DNA of 64,000 bases. It comes from Strigamia acuminata. Lineage: Eukaryota. The stretch covers positions 13,640,001 to 13,704,000 of the forward strand of contig OX442314.1 in assembly GCA_949358305.1 (NCBI GenBank), written 5' to 3'. This document shows positions 25,501-39,947 of this stretch, piece after piece. The translations under genes and the position numbers were made by a program. Within the stretch, counting starts at the first letter, position 1; every line of letters begins with the position of its first letter. A model generated the notes under the pieces. It made no database searches. It was not told the origin of the DNA and was given only the letters and a program-made list of their open reading frames with translations.

Positions 25501-28500
25501 TGTAACACTTAAAGCCGAGAACGAATCTCTCGAGACTATTTTGCACTTATTGTTTATTTAGCGATAGTACCCGTTTGCTTTTTTTTCCTCTCATTTTGTG
25601 TGCTTTCAAACAAGCACTTCATTCAATGCACTATAAAATAATTAAGGGATTAATATTTTAACACTAAATTAATTTAAATTTCCATTTCAAAGCAAACCAT
25701 CAAGGCAAATTCATCGACATATTTCATTTATCATAAAAGGTCAACTTTAATTATTTATTTATTTATAGAAGAGAAAAAAAAAATGAAATCTAAATTTCAT
25801 AATTATTTATTAAAATTTGATCATAAAAATTCCTTAAACTCTCTTACATTAATGAAAATCCCAACTCGAGAAACCGCCAAACAGTGGCGCCACCGTTCGA
25901 CAAAACCCGCATCAACTCATCTTGAGCATCAAGCATATTGCTCCGAATTCGTCATCAGTGGAAAAGTCGCAGCTGCTGACCTTTGTTTGCATCTTTGGTT
26001 CTAGCGTTTTAATTATGATTTCGTTAGCAAATGTGCGATTATGGGAGTGGAGAAGGGGATTTAAGCAATTTTGTGCATGATTTAACCACCGTTACAAAGC
26101 CTTCCTTTGTTCCGGGGCTTCCAGAAAACCATGATAAGTGACACCGCAGCAGTGGTGCCATCACACGTGCTGACACAACTGGCATTCGTGCACCATTCAG
26201 TGACGCCAGCCGATGGCTTTATTTACATTCGTTCATTAATTTACCATTTTTCAAACATACACAAAAGCCGTGATTAAGCAGCATGCAAAAACCAATATTG
26301 GCATTCAACACACCATACAATTCATGCAGATAAAAATCGAGCTTAATGAATATCCTCATCTTATTCACACATGATTTCACTTTTACCTTGGCGTAATCCA
26401 TGACGCCTTTCTAATTTGACATGAAAAACCACGGCAAACTCATTACTTACTTTGTTGGTGCGATATATTATTTTTCTTTTTCTTTGCTTTTTTTTTTAGA
26501 GGCAACTAAACGCGTATATTAAGCAACCACTGGTGCCCAAATGACGCGGTAACAGCTGACGTTTTAGGAAAAAGTCAAAAAAAGAAAAGTGAATTTTTAA
26601 CACAAAAGACAAAGCAACGTTAACTCAATTGATTCAATATCAAAAAGAAAAAAAAAAAAAAAAAAAAAAAATAAGTTTCAAGGTAATGTTAGCATAAATT
26701 TTAATGACTTCTTTTCAAAATAAAGCCTTTGTCCCGTTCAATATCCCATACAAAAGCATTAAAGTTTGGTTCCAGATGCAGATGATATTGTGATAAAAAT
26801 CATAACAAAAATACGCCAAAAATCCAAAAAAATCGAGAAAAGAAAAAGTTCCAGCCGGATATTAATTTCTACCCAAAAAAAAAAGAAAAAAAGAAAAACC
26901 TTAGTGTTTTATTGGTGAGTAAGTTTTAAGAAAAGATATCAGAAAGTAATCTAGAGCAGCAAGGCTGGAGAACAAGTAGCAAGGCAGTGCAAAATGATAT
27001 TAAACGATCAATCCAAACACGCTGAAAATTACGAAGGGTGCGAAGAACTGCAAAGGTAAAACGACGAGACGAGTTGGCGCCCTCATCAATCCCCCATTTG
27101 CAATGGTGGATCGTTTAATCCAATTGGACGGAGCTCGAGAGCAGCCAGTCACGGCTCTTAATGAAGTGTGGCCTCAGCCTTCGAGCGATGGTCTCAAAGG
27201 ATTAGAAGATAAATTTGGAATCGACCCATCCCCGTGTAGACCAACTAATAACTACTTAAGGCGAGCTGAATATCGATTTTCAATTTTTTCCCTCCTTTTT
27301 CTCCCAATGAAAAAATATTCTACATCAGTTCGGTATCATCTCTGGGGTGGTCGCCCGAAGGATAGGCGTGGAACAGTGCGTGAGGTCCCTTGCCTAAACG
27401 CCGTGACGTTGCTAATAACTGCACCTGTTGGCCCACCGGCCAGTGCCCACAGGAAACGACCAGGTGAGAGCAACTCATTTATAAAGAAAGAGCTACCATA
27501 ATGTGCCAAAAACTCCATCCTCCAGCCATTCCCATCTAAATTTTACAACTTTGCTTATAAATATGCATTCTGCAACGACAAACACACGTCAAATTTGTCG
27601 AAACCTTGGAGAAAAGTCCAAATTTAGCTGCCCTAGTAATAATTCTTGCTAAAACCGCTTGAAAAAATTGACAAGTAAAGAAATTGCTTGTGCCATGTAC
27701 TCGTGAATAGGTAAAACTCGACCTTGCAGGTCATTTGATTCATCAACCAAGCGTGATAATTACAAATCAGACTTGATGTGACGTTAAAATTACACCTGCA
27801 TTTAAGTAGCTACAGCTAAATTAATAGCTATTATTAGACGCAACTACCGAAGTAGCAAATAATTAAGCCACCCAAAAAGAATGGTGTTTTTTTTCGCTTT
27901 CTCTAAATAGAAAACATCTTCTATCAGGGTGGCCTGTTTCCATTTTCCTCGCCTCGCCTCAGATAGCGAGCTGTCAGCGCTTGGTAAAGACCTTGGGAAA
28001 GGAAGAGTGGGAAGAGCACAGCTTCGTCCGCCATCTCTTCTTCTACTTCTTCATGTGTGGTCTTCTGGTCGCTTGATACTACTCATCACCGAATCGATGA
28101 GAAGAATTAAAAGAAAGGAAACTACTCGGCAAGGAGAGTTCATTTTACACGTATCGTGTATCGTGCTCTTGTCAGCACCGCAAGGCATCGCGGGTAACAA
28201 GAGAGGTGGCATTCCAAAGAAGTTGGCAACAATTTTTAATATTACTTTCTTTTTTTTTTAGCTTACCATAAAACGAGAACAATTTCAGACCAATTTATAT
28301 ACAACCATATAAACAAAAATTAAAATTGCTCGTAAAAAGAAACCATTTTGTTTTTTTTTCTGGGCTGTGTGAGGTCAATTTGCGGTGGTCAGGACTTTTA
28401 TTTTGCCATTTACGAAAAAAAAAAAATAACGATTAAATCTATTAGTTAATGAATCTAATAAATGCTTAACGATGACGATCGATAAATGGATTTTTGCAAT

Positions 28501-29139
28501 ATTAAATTAAACGAGAAAAAAAATAAAAATAAATTAAAAACTATTAAATTTTCTCTCTCGCAGTTTTTGCTCGAGGAAACTCGAGAGAGCTCAAAGACAT
28601 TAATGAAAATTGAAATTCAACATGTTTTTCTTTTACTCCAATACCTACACCTAAATTGACTATTATTTCTTTCAATTTCCATTAAGTTGCCTAGTTTATA
28701 AACAAAACTTGTAGCAAACTCGTTATCGCGCATCACCGAATTCAAATTCATTTTCACAATTGCTAAATTAAAACCAGACATTCACACAATTCAACATTGC
28801 ACAAAGAGCGAACAAAGAAAATAATAATAACAAAAATAAAAATAAAAAACAAAAAAATTATTACTATACTTTCTAAAATAACTCATAAAAATTCAAATGA
28901 AACACACTCAATTTCAATTCGCCAAAATAAAATCAAAAACAAACAACCCAGCGTTCTCTAAACAACCTCCGAAGATGCGAATATATCGTCAGGTGAGTTC
29001 TTAAGGCCACTTAGAAAACAACGCCAATTGAAAACACGACCTCGCCCTCTCAACTTTTTGCAAAATGAAAGTCAAGGCTGAGAATAAGTCATCAGTAAAA
29101 TAATGGGGCCGACTCCACCTGGAGAGAAAAGGGAAGGTA

Positions 29140-29156
29140 GAGAGAGAGAGAGAGAG
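29140..29156. repeat. (AG)n microsatellite
   Basis: AGAGAGAGAGAGAGAG run. Confidence 0.85.
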
Positions 29157-31702
29157 GGACAGATCCAAAGCCGACCAACAGCGGATTTATGGAGACGGCA
29201 ACAGCGATTTACGACCTCTTGGCACGCTGTAAGAGCCAATGGCAGACAAAAGGAAAGAACACTAACCTCGAATATTAGTGTCTGGACATGGCCGAACCAT
29301 CACGCAATCTTCAAAGCCCTTTCCCAAAATTGTCTTCAATTACTTAAGGCCCAAACCTATTATTTATCTTTATTAATTTCATTTCATCTTGCAATAAACA
29401 ACGGTAAAATACAAATAAATTACAATTTAAAATTATCAAGCCAAGACACCACTTTCAAAATAATAATTTACCTTTTTTTATTTTATCTAATTAGAAAAAT
29501 AAATTGTTTTCATGGCGAAGCCGAACAGCGTATATCAATCTGTCACAAATTCGAACCGACGATTCTAAACAAGAAAAACAAAAAGAAACCGCAAAGTGTT
29601 TGATTTGCCCAAACTCATTCTCCTCAATATACTCCACAAACTTATCCCTTTATCCCCACCTATAGTGAAAATACCAATTGTGCAGTCCACAAGAATCCCT
29701 TGTCTCTTTCTGCACTCTCTTAAAACGATTTTTCTTTCTCAACTCCCGTGAGAAGCCAGTTCACGCAAAGCCGATATTTTATTCAAGAAAAAAAAACCCT
29801 TCCTACACTTTCCTACACCTTTCTTTTTTCCGTGCAACCATGAAATTTAATGCTCATCTTGATCAATAGATAATTTCGCTGGTTTACCAGTACACCCACC
29901 ACAACTCGTGTATCAAAAGCCCGCTCCCTCACCCCCACGATTTTCCTAAAGCCATTCACACAGATGATTCCAATATTTTATCCATTTTATATTCCTCTTT
30001 CTAACATTTCATTTTTTTCCCTTCCTTAGATTTATATTCTTCTTCATTTTTATTGTTCGAAAAACTGATTTCAAGCACCATCAGACAATTTGTGGCTTGC
30101 TCAGGTGAAATACAACTCCTCCGACATGATTATCCTCTTGGGCTGAATTTATGTCGACAAGGAGTGCAGTGTAAACAGAAATTAAATGAGAAAACCCCTC
30201 GTTTTCTGTATCCATAACTTCAAACCCAAACAACTCATAAAAGTAAAAAATACACAAAAAAAAATATGTTAAAAAAAAAAAATTATCCTATTATACCAAA
30301 ATTTTATTATAAAATAATAAAAACAATAATTTAATCACTAAGAAAATGTCCACACTCATCTTTTCACCTTCCTTTAGCTTCGGATTAAACCAAGACGCCA
30401 TATATCTGTCCGCACTTGGCCGCATAAGGAATGGAGGCGGACGCGGACACCCTGATGTGCATGCTTTTTCTATTTTTTTTATACTTTTCTTCATCGTGCC
30501 TTTTCATGGCTGCAAATGGGCAAATATTGCCTCAAGGGAGAAAGAACCGGGTTGAGAAGCAGGTAAAGTAGCCTGGCGAATGACTCGAGTGAAAACAATA
30601 AGGTGTGCAACGATTCCCTTCCCAGTGTGAAGGATTTTAGCAATTCATATATATACGACCAAAAATGCAGCAACTGGCGACGTGAGCGGGATGAAAATGA
30701 TCATCAACTCAACTTCCATTCCAATATCTCTCCACTAAAAATTTCCTACTTTTACTCCTACAAAATAAACTAAAAGAATAAAAAGAAAGAGAAAAAAAAG
30801 AAAAACACGCAGACAATGTTTTTGAAGCACTTTTCATTCTTATTTCCATAGGAAAACGAAAAAAAAATAATTATTTTTCGATGCCTCAAACCGGGCAATT
30901 ATTTTTGTTAATTAAAAACTCATTACCGTTTTAATAGAGTTGGGAGTGTTTAACATTCGTACGAGAAAGAATTTTTTCTATTAAAAAAAAAATTATGGTA
31001 GGAAGGGAAAAAATTGACGCACGTAGGAGGGGCTGCTGCAGCCAATCAATCATGAGCCTCCAGAAAGAAGAAACGCTTGATGCTCTTGGTTCCCTTATTA
31101 GTGAACTCTCTTTAGACCAAAAATAAGTTTTAAAAATATTTACATTAAATGCTAAAAAATAAAAGGCAATTGACCATCCCGCATTCCAACATCGAAATGC
31201 GCGCAATAATGTGGCGAGTTTTTACGCAAAGCGTAAAGCTCATCAATCTTAGCCAGCATTTTCAGTATCATCATCTTCAGTTCATTTCCCGCGTCCCGAA
31301 GTCAGATATCGAGCAATTACTCATCGTAATTATTCCAGAAACTGCTTTAATTCCACCAGCGTGGCAATTAATCTGACGCTCCAAAAGCTACAAATAACCA
31401 AAAAAACTGACCCACATTATGTAAACTAACCACTTCCGAGACCCCAAGCAGAAGCCCCCATTTATTTTTCAAAAAATCAACTTCTAAATAGAAATAAATC
31501 CACAAAAGCGCCATAAAATCTGAAATTCAAACTTGGCAAATTGGGACAAATATTGATTAAAAACGCAAATATCTCGAGAACGAAAGCTCGGATCGTCAAA
31601 AACTAAACACCAAACGAAAAAGCGGAAAAAACTGCACCAGAAACACTAATTAAACAACACTACTCACAACTAATAATTAATATATCTTTAATTAAACAAT
31701 AA

Positions 31703-31810
31703 GGGGTTTCATAAATGATGCGCTGAAGGCGCTGAAGTGATTATTCCAATAATCACAATCGTTGTATTATTGAAGACCCACGCTAGGTGGTGCCAGGTCC
31801 AATTGATTAT
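31703..31810. mobile_element. Truncated copy (left part) of the GGGGTTTCA MITE
   Basis: TAA|GGGGTTTCATAAATGATGCGCTGAAGGCGCTGAAGTGATTATTCCAATAATCACAATC... aligns by eye to 48227-48325. No right TIR found. Confidence 0.8.
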
Positions 31811-33376
31811 ACTATTGTCACATGACTTCCGGTTATAACGTCCGCCATGTATACATTTTTGAACATCCTTAGTAACCCTCCTTGTATTGTGGAGCCGGTT
31901 TTATTTTGGCCACCTGATACTACACACATTATATAATTAAATATTCTAATTACCTTAACTACTATAATGTCCTTATTAAAGAAGACGATCGCAAAAATTT
32001 GAACATCGATTAGAATAACATATCAAATTATTATGCAGAAAAAATATTTCCCAGGCCTTATAAAACAAAGAGGCCTCAAGCTCAAGTCCGCCACTGTATG
32101 TAAATACTTTCTCGTTTAACTCTATTTTGAGTCGAAACACACGTAAACGACCTAATTGTACATCTTTTTGAATACTTTCCTACCTTTATTTTCAGTGTGC
32201 ACCACGTGGAACAATTCCACACGACAATAAAAATAAAATTCGCATTTATCTGCCCCTTCAACTGCGATTTAATTCAGCGTCAAACAGAAAACATCTCAGC
32301 CATAATAAAGTGCAATTACAAAGGTGTGTCTTTTTTGATTCCATACATCCCCATCGTTTGTCACTGGGGAGAGAGAGGGTTGGAAAATTTCACTACTATC
32401 TATGGTTCAGGCTCCCTCTCGTTGCTCGAGGATGTTATCACGCCCCATTACGATGCAAGTGCAAATATATTTCGAGCTAATCTTGTTATTGATCTCTATG
32501 TTACTTTGGGGACGCCCGCAACATTCAGCCCTCAACCTCTCTCGACCCATCTTGGGTTGCAGATTGAAAATACGTATACGTGTACTCAGACAAGGAAAAC
32601 TGCCCCCTCTTTCCCTTTGGAGAAATCCAACCTCTTCCAAGACACTTTCCATCACCTCCCAGTGCCCTAACATAATAACTCGTGTGTTTGCGAAATGAAT
32701 ATTGATTTTCTTCTCCTTCAATTCAATGGGCGAGAGCGAAAGAGAGAGCGTTGCCCACTCTTGTTGCAATGCTCAGGTGATGGCGAATCCATCGGATTAG
32801 AACGTATTAATTACGCTAAATGTAAATTGTGAATCACCCGAAACGATTCAGGCGGGAGAAAAGGACTTTAATTAATATGAATGAACTGACTAATTATTAA
32901 GTAACGAATTTTTAATGTATGTAATTAAAAGGCTTGTACCAAGCCTTAGTAGTCAAAGAGAATAATTACTCAACACTACGCAACTCAACATGCTAACTCA
33001 TTTTCATAAATTCCGTTTGTTTTCAACGTTTTATTCAACATACGAATAGCGGTATTTATTATTCTTTTCAATCTTTTGATGAAAATGCTGTTTGACTATA
33101 GCTCTTGATGAAGGTCGAAACCACAATCAGCTTCAGGTGTGATAGTGAAGGGAGTTTCCCCATTTTCGCACACGTTCGATCAATCATAGCGGAAGTATTA
33201 AGCGGACAAGCGAGGCGAAAATTAGGCTGACAAGTTGACCTAAAATGCCGCCAGGTTAAAGCTAAAGCAGCAAATCTCCTCAAATTCTCGCTGCAATTTG
33301 AACAAAAGGTGAAAATTAAAATTACAACAAAAAAATCGGAAATTTCTCGCTTCGCAGAAGACAAGAAATGAAACAT

Positions 33377-33627
33377 CCTATTTTGTTCAAAAAATATATT
33401 TTATAATATGTGTAGAATTTCATAAAAACATGGAAAAAATGCATTTTAAAATGCATTCATATTTGACATATTGGAAATATGTATTGGGAATACATTTTAC
33501 AAAATATAATATCATTCGCAACCAATAACATGCAAAAATGTATTACAAAATGAATTCTCATACAACCACCCAAAGCATTTCAAAATATATTGCAATATAA
33601 TTCCATTTTATTTTTTAACCTCATGAG
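33377..33627 (+). mobile_element. AT-rich non-autonomous DNA element, CCCATATGG-TIR family, copy 1 (degenerate ends)
   Basis: Shares the ATTGGGAATGCATTTTAC / TATTACAAAATGCATTCTC / TTGCAATATAA blocks with the copies at about 43.1, 48.1 and 57.5 kb. Eroded TIRs at both ends. Confidence 0.65.
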
Positions 33628-36404
33628 ATTTCATTTGCTCAAACAAAATTTCTAGTAAAGAAGCATTTGCACACGGTTTTAGAAAGACTTTGTGCATACA
33701 TTAGGCCATTTCCGATCAAAACATTGCGACATTATCGTACATAACTAATTAAGATCAAATCAATAGCCATAAAGATAAAAGAGGTCCACAAAATCCTTCG
33801 GGTTGTCATTTAAAAAAAAAAAAACGAACGACATCAATTATAGGAAAATTTACTGCCAATAACTTCAGTGGTAAAATGTAGTAACAGAACAGCTGCTGTT
33901 ACTAAAAGAATTACTTAGACCATACACGTTCAAGACAATTAATGTTCAACCAATAGACTCCCCGAGTTATCCGTGCACTCAATTCTGTTGCAATGCAACT
34001 TTAACATCAATATTAACATACATTCAACCATTAACGTTTTTCCCTCCTGCTAGAACCGAGCAATATGTTATCGTTCACCACATTTTCCGAACGATCTCCT
34101 CATCATCCACATCCCCGAGCTCTTATACAGTCAGAATCAAGGCCCGAGGAAACAAAGGCGGGATTATATTATCTCGCACAAATGCTCATCACCATATCTT
34201 AGCAGTGGGTCGAGTGAAATCGCCTAGACTTCATACGCACTGTTACAACACAATGGCGATGAATCTCAAGAGGGAAAGCAAAGACAGAGGAAAAGAGAAC
34301 AATCCGCCATCTTTATCAAAACTCTCTTTTCCTCTGCAGCACTCACTTCTTTCCTATCTTCTAATTTATCTCGCAACAGATTTGACTTCCATTATAATTA
34401 CTTTAACTCATTTCCACCGCGTTCTTTTAAAAGCGCGAGAAGCCAACTAGTTTAAATTTGCATTTTTCCGAACTTAACACATTTTAAACAACTTACAATT
34501 TCAACCCCACTCTCGAATCGATCCAGAAATTCCTTACCCTTGTATTTAACACAATTTCCCTCCGAAAGCCCACGCCGACCCTCCACTTGTCAAGTGGTGT
34601 CGTCCAAATGGCTCTTCCATGATGGCAAAGAGAAAAGAGTAGTGGGAGCGCCCATGAGACAATTCAGAGACATAGAGCAAATATTGAACGCTAAAGCTCT
34701 CGCGAGACCCCTCTCTAAGTGGATGGAGGGCGACATATCTCCTCTCTCACCCCCTTTCCGTTTCTTCTTCCTCCGCACGTAATAAAAAAAATTCTAAACT
34801 CTTTTTTCCATTCCCATATTTTTGTTTACGTCGCGCGAGTATCTGTGTAACGCGATAAAAGGAAAGAGAAGAAGAATAAATAGGAGAAACGGGAAAGGGT
34901 TGTTGTTTATTATAACTGTGACTTAGTGCCTTCAACGGAACACTACAAAGAAAAATAAATCACACGCGAGGGCTGATGTGTAAGTGGCGCATACACTCGA
35001 ATCAAATGAGAATAAGCAACAGCACGAGGAAAGCTCCTCACAGAGTTGCGGCTTCCTTGCCCGGCAGGAGGGGTTCCGATATGAGTGCCTCATATGAGAA
35101 GATGTCTGCAGAAATGAGTAGAAGGAGGAGTCGGAGAAGGCGGTGGGCGCCACTCTTATCTGTTATTTCCCTACCGGTGTCTCGGCCGACATAAATTCTT
35201 ACCCCGAAGTGGGTCCGATCTTATCGCTGCAGCTAGGGAAGGAAAAGGCAGAAAACACGCTTCTTAGGCCATAGAAACGGGGCGGCAACGCAGAATTGCC
35301 ATCCGAGCAGAAAACTAGAGAACACAATTATCTCCCAAATTGAATATCAGGAAAACAAATCAATTTTCCTTGGTAATATTAAACCAGCCCGCTTTTTTAT
35401 TATTAAAATTTCAAGAAGATGAAAAAAAAATTATAACAACAAATTGAAAAGGGACCGCAAGTTTTAATATGTAAATCTACAATCACATTTAAAAAAAAAA
35501 ATTAAAAATAAAAAAAATCAAAGTTGCCCAATTTTTCAATTTACGAGGAAAAGAAACGAAACCAATGACACGAGATGATACACCGCCGGTTTGCGATAAC
35601 GGGTGGTCGTAGACGAAATGATGACACCGCACCAAACTAATTATACTAATGCTATTACTTTAATACTGTTTAATTCTATGCTCATTTAATTGAAATTAAC
35701 CTGACAACGCGCGGAAATGAAACTTGTATCACAAACCTCAAGTCGATTGCTCTACTAAAATTACTAAAGCACTAACTCGAATTTTCCGCATCAATATTTC
35801 ACTACATCCTTACCTAATGTATTTAAATCCAACCAAAAAATAAATATTGAAAAAAAAAATAAAATCGGCCTCACGCAAATGATACCACTTAGTGGATGAC
35901 GAGGAAAAAAATCAATTCTTCCGCCACCTGCTGGCAAACATCAACTACCGATGAATAAAACATGGGTTAAGGCGTCAATCGAAACTATTCTGATTTATGC
36001 ACAACTTTAATTACGACTAACATTTATGGAATTCATAAGAGCAACCCCTGTTTTAAGTGAATGACAAAGGGCAGCAATGACATTACTTAACCGTTGCTAT
36101 AAATAAAATAAGAGCGGATTTCAGTTTCAGCATACAAAAGTCAATTAAGAGTTTTAACCTCATTAGCATGCAGATGGCACAAAGAGCCCTCGCCCTCAAT
36201 TAGTCACTATGAAAAGCAAGTGGATTCGAAACTAACATTCAAAATCCGTCTGCACCACAATAGTTAAGTGTGTCGACACAATTCTTTCTTCTACTAGATA
36301 AATTGGTGGAAAACAACTCTCTTTACTCGTGGTCAATCTATTTAACAGCTGAAGATTAGTTCTCAAATGTCATTCGAAAGCCATTACAAAACTTTGACTA
36401 AATT

Positions 36405-36641
36405 TTAACAGCCGCGGCTCTTATTCAAAACTTCCATTTTTGTCTGCAATTACAATTTTTCGTTTGTTACATTTGTTTAATGTAACAAACGAAGTCTGAA
36501 CGGCACGAACAAAGCGTACGTTCATCGTTCGTGAGGTTAAATACGGAAACAATTCCGTACTTTTGCAAAAATACGGTATTCTTGGTGTCTCAGCCGCGGC
36601 TACAATTCGAGGGCGACTCTTAATCGGTAAAATATACGGTA
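36405..36641. mobile_element. Possible remnant right end of a Tc1/mariner/pogo-like non-autonomous element
   Basis: Repeated CAGCCGCGGCT unit and a terminus ...GCGGCTACAATTCGAGGGCGACTCTTAATCGGTAAAATATACGG|TA, resembling TA-flanked CCGTA-TIR elements. No left end found. Confidence 0.45.
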
Positions 36642-36757
36642 TACATTTTTTTGATTCAGTTTGGCTCGTTTTTGCTCCATCCGAGCAACCAACAGAACCT
36701 CAAAACACACAAACCAACAGCAAGATGAATAAAAATCAACAATTTCATCCTTACACA

Positions 36758-36874
36758 ATAGGGACTTTGTGAAAGTCGATACATAAAGCACATTTATAAC
36801 TTGTACGTATAAATTTCCCATTCTATAAGGATAAGTTATAGATGTGTTTTATCGAGTTCCACCAAAGTCCCTAT
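36758..36874. mobile_element. Short palindromic (foldback) MITE-like element
   Basis: ATAGGGACTTTGTGAAAGTCGATA...CACATTTATAACTT pairs with AAGTTATAGATGTG...TATCGAGTTCCACCAAAGTCCCTAT, giving ~43-bp imperfect arms. Confidence 0.7.
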
Positions 36875-39625
36875 AACAACAGCAATAAAACACGAGGAAA
36901 ACCTTCAATTGAATAGGTCTACTGATCCCTAATACGAGGTTCACACTATGTTCCCACCAGCAGTAACAGAATTAATATTTAACAGTTAAGAAGTAGTAAT
37001 AAAGTAACTTGGCCTTAGCCAGTATTCCACAGTCCACCGCATAATTGTTTACATTAAGTGCATTCAAAGTTTCTGTTTCTGTGGTTGTCGATGTTTTTAT
37101 AACAGCAAAAACAGAAAGCAAAAACTTTCCTAACTCTAAATTTGTTCGTTTTTGGGCCTCGGTTGTGCAAGTAAATTGCTATTAAAAATTCCATCATTTC
37201 AATCAATTAAAATTGTGACTCACTAGTTTGTGCACAATTATGCCTTTAATCCCGTTTTAGGAGGTGGATGCGTTGCCTGAAAGCAGATGATTGGAAGATT
37301 TAACCCCTCGATCTAACTTTCGTGGCAGCCATTTTGAATTTCGTTGTAAAACCCAATACCCGATATAAACACTTCAAAAACAACTCCAGCAATTGTTTTT
37401 GTTTCTTTGCAGTTTTTGGTGATGGTTTTGAACTGCTATTTGTGTCCATTCTGTTTGTACAAACGTCAAAAACGACAAACAAGCTCTGAATGGGCTCCCA
37501 AAATGCGCCTTGATCTTGTTATAGGAAAATAATGGCAGAATTTATTCTTCTTCAAGTTGTTGCATACGATTCAAAAAAAATGTAGATAAACAAAAACAAT
37601 TTCAATCCCGAATTTAAAAACAAAAGTTTTTATTTATAAATGGAATTCCAAATTATGTTTTTCTTTCCATCCAATATTTGTGTTCTAAATTTGTGTTGAT
37701 CTCAACATTAAATTCTACATATATATCCCACCCTCTCACTACCATTCCCCTCTTTCTTGCCAAATCCATTTATGATCCGACTTCTCGCCAGACTCCGGAT
37801 GATGCATATGTACATAGCAAAAGAAGAGAAATCACGGTCGACTTCTTTAGAAATCCAGTCCACGCCAGCGCAGCGCTTCAAGCATCACGAGCTGCTCAAG
37901 TTTTGAGAAAAGTCTATCGCACGCATAAATATTCGACGAGATTTTATCAGCTGAAGTGGGAAGATCGATATGGAAGCAAGAGAAAATGCTCACTATATAC
38001 ATGCCAGTTTGCCGCGAGGTAAGGAATGGAAAATGACAATCACCCGACACATAAATTTACTATCTTGACCAGTAAAACAAGTGCAAAAAGAATTCAACTG
38101 CGAACGAAAATAAATTGTCCTACTCATCTATTTATCTCGAGATGAATTTGTCGCAAATTAATCGACTGTGTCATCGTGTTGTTGAGCAGGCGATAAGGCA
38201 TGAACAATTTTTTTCAATCTCTTTCCTTTCCCCCTCACCATATTCCCCGCCTTCTTTCTTTCTCTACATGGGATTAATTAAGGCTGAGTATTTTTCTTCA
38301 CCGCAGAACAGCGGTAGAAATTCGAGGCGACGTGTGCCAAGCGCAATGAAACAAACGTCCTTGTTTAATTGTCAGGAAATCCTCGGAAAACACTGCAAAT
38401 CGACTTAAACTTTTATTTGTTTTCTTTTTTCCTTCTCTCTCTCTCCATCCTTTTCTCGCTTTCATTTGAGGAATAAAGTAAATTTTCTTTTCCTGCCTCG
38501 TTTAAGTCCGAGCTATTTTATCGTGATTTACTCTCAACAACACGTCAAGATAAGTCTCGAGTGAGAAATAAATGTAATAGTTTAATTTAAACTAAAAAAA
38601 AAAAAGAAAAAATATAAAAAAAAAAGAAGAAAAGATTTTTTTTCTTCTTATTTTAGAAAATCTATAGTCAATTATTTTTTTTATCAACTAAAACGCACCC
38701 GACAGACAAACATTGAATTTCTTCTTTTCGCGGATTAAACTCGCTGGGACAATTTAAGCGAGCTTTCACTCCATACCCTCGTCACCAGCACCAAGAGGAC
38801 AAGTGACAATCAGCGGCCTCTGCCGTTTGCCATCTCATCACTTCATAATTCCCAAAGCAGCCGCGTGTGGATTTTAATTAACACGTAAAGACGATGAGTA
38901 GGCAAACAAAAGTGTCCATTTACACAACACAAAATGCAATTCTTCTTTCTCTTCTTTGCCAATTCCCTTTGTCCGATTCAATGCCACACGTTGACAAATA
39001 GTTTTAGGAAATGTCAGCTCGGCTTATTACTAAACCAAAGATATTACGACTCCCTTAAGAGAAAACTCGTGCCATATTGACTGAATAAAAGACGATAAAA
39101 AGACCGAGGGTTAAAATGGAGGAGGAAAAAAAAAGAAGCGAAATCCACTCGCGTAATGATGATTCATCGCTGGTAAAGCCAGAAAGCGGCTTTTTAGCAA
39201 GCCACTTCGCTGTAACGAGTGCACGGACGAGAAGGGAAGAGGGGAGAATGCGTGGGTGGAGTGGTAAGCGCGCGAAAGAATCTCCCCTTCGTGATTTACT
39301 GCCGCGGCCTAGGCCTTCTGGTCGCCGTCAAAATCCCAGACCGAACCGAAATTCGACACTTGCGAGTCTAGTTTTGGTTACAAATGTTTTTCATTTAACT
39401 GCAATCCGCACAAGTAATAAATAAATAGAGAAACAAATGTAGAACGTCGCCAAACAAACTGGCACTCATAAATTGCCACCGTGCGACAATTACACGCACG
39501 CGCCGATATCGTTCCAACAAATCAAAACTAATTAAAAATTCAACCGCAAACCGGCATATCGCACGAAATGAATTAAAATTAAAAAAAATAAAAAAATAAT
39601 AATAAAAAAAATTAATGGGACTTAC

Positions 39626-39947
39626 TTCCAAAGAAGAAAAGTGGCGACTAAAAGCATGACTAGCATCAACACTGAGCAGACCACAATCACAGCTAAAGAG
39701 GGAATGGCCGTCTGCGTAAAGGACCCTTCGAGCACTTTAAAGTCACAGTATTCCATGTCGGCGTCGAGAGCATTGTTTTCGCAGTATCCGGCCGATGGAG
39801 GCGCCGGTGGAGGCGGCAGGACGAAGTCGGGTGGGGGCGGTCCGGGGCAGTCGCAATCGTATTCATTTTCGTTCATACTCCAAGAATCGTGCACTGGATG
39901 ATTGTGTTCGTCGCTCTTATCCTCCGACTCCGGATCCATCGTCCGAT
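39626..39947 (-). CDS. Coding exon with Cys/Pro-rich N-terminal segment and transmembrane helix
   Basis: ORF MDPESE...CDCPGPPPPDFVLPPPPAPP...LAVIVVCSVLMLVMLLVATFLLWK. Acceptor tttttataattag|ATCGGACG-ATG at 39948/39947. Phase-2 donor TGGAA|gtaagt at 39626. A 23-residue hydrophobic stretch lies at about 39696-39628. Confidence 0.9.

Noticed and set aside
37299..37510. TTAACCC start as a piggyBac left end, with a small ORF
   Set aside because: No GGGTTAA partner nearby and no transposase similarity that I can recognise.
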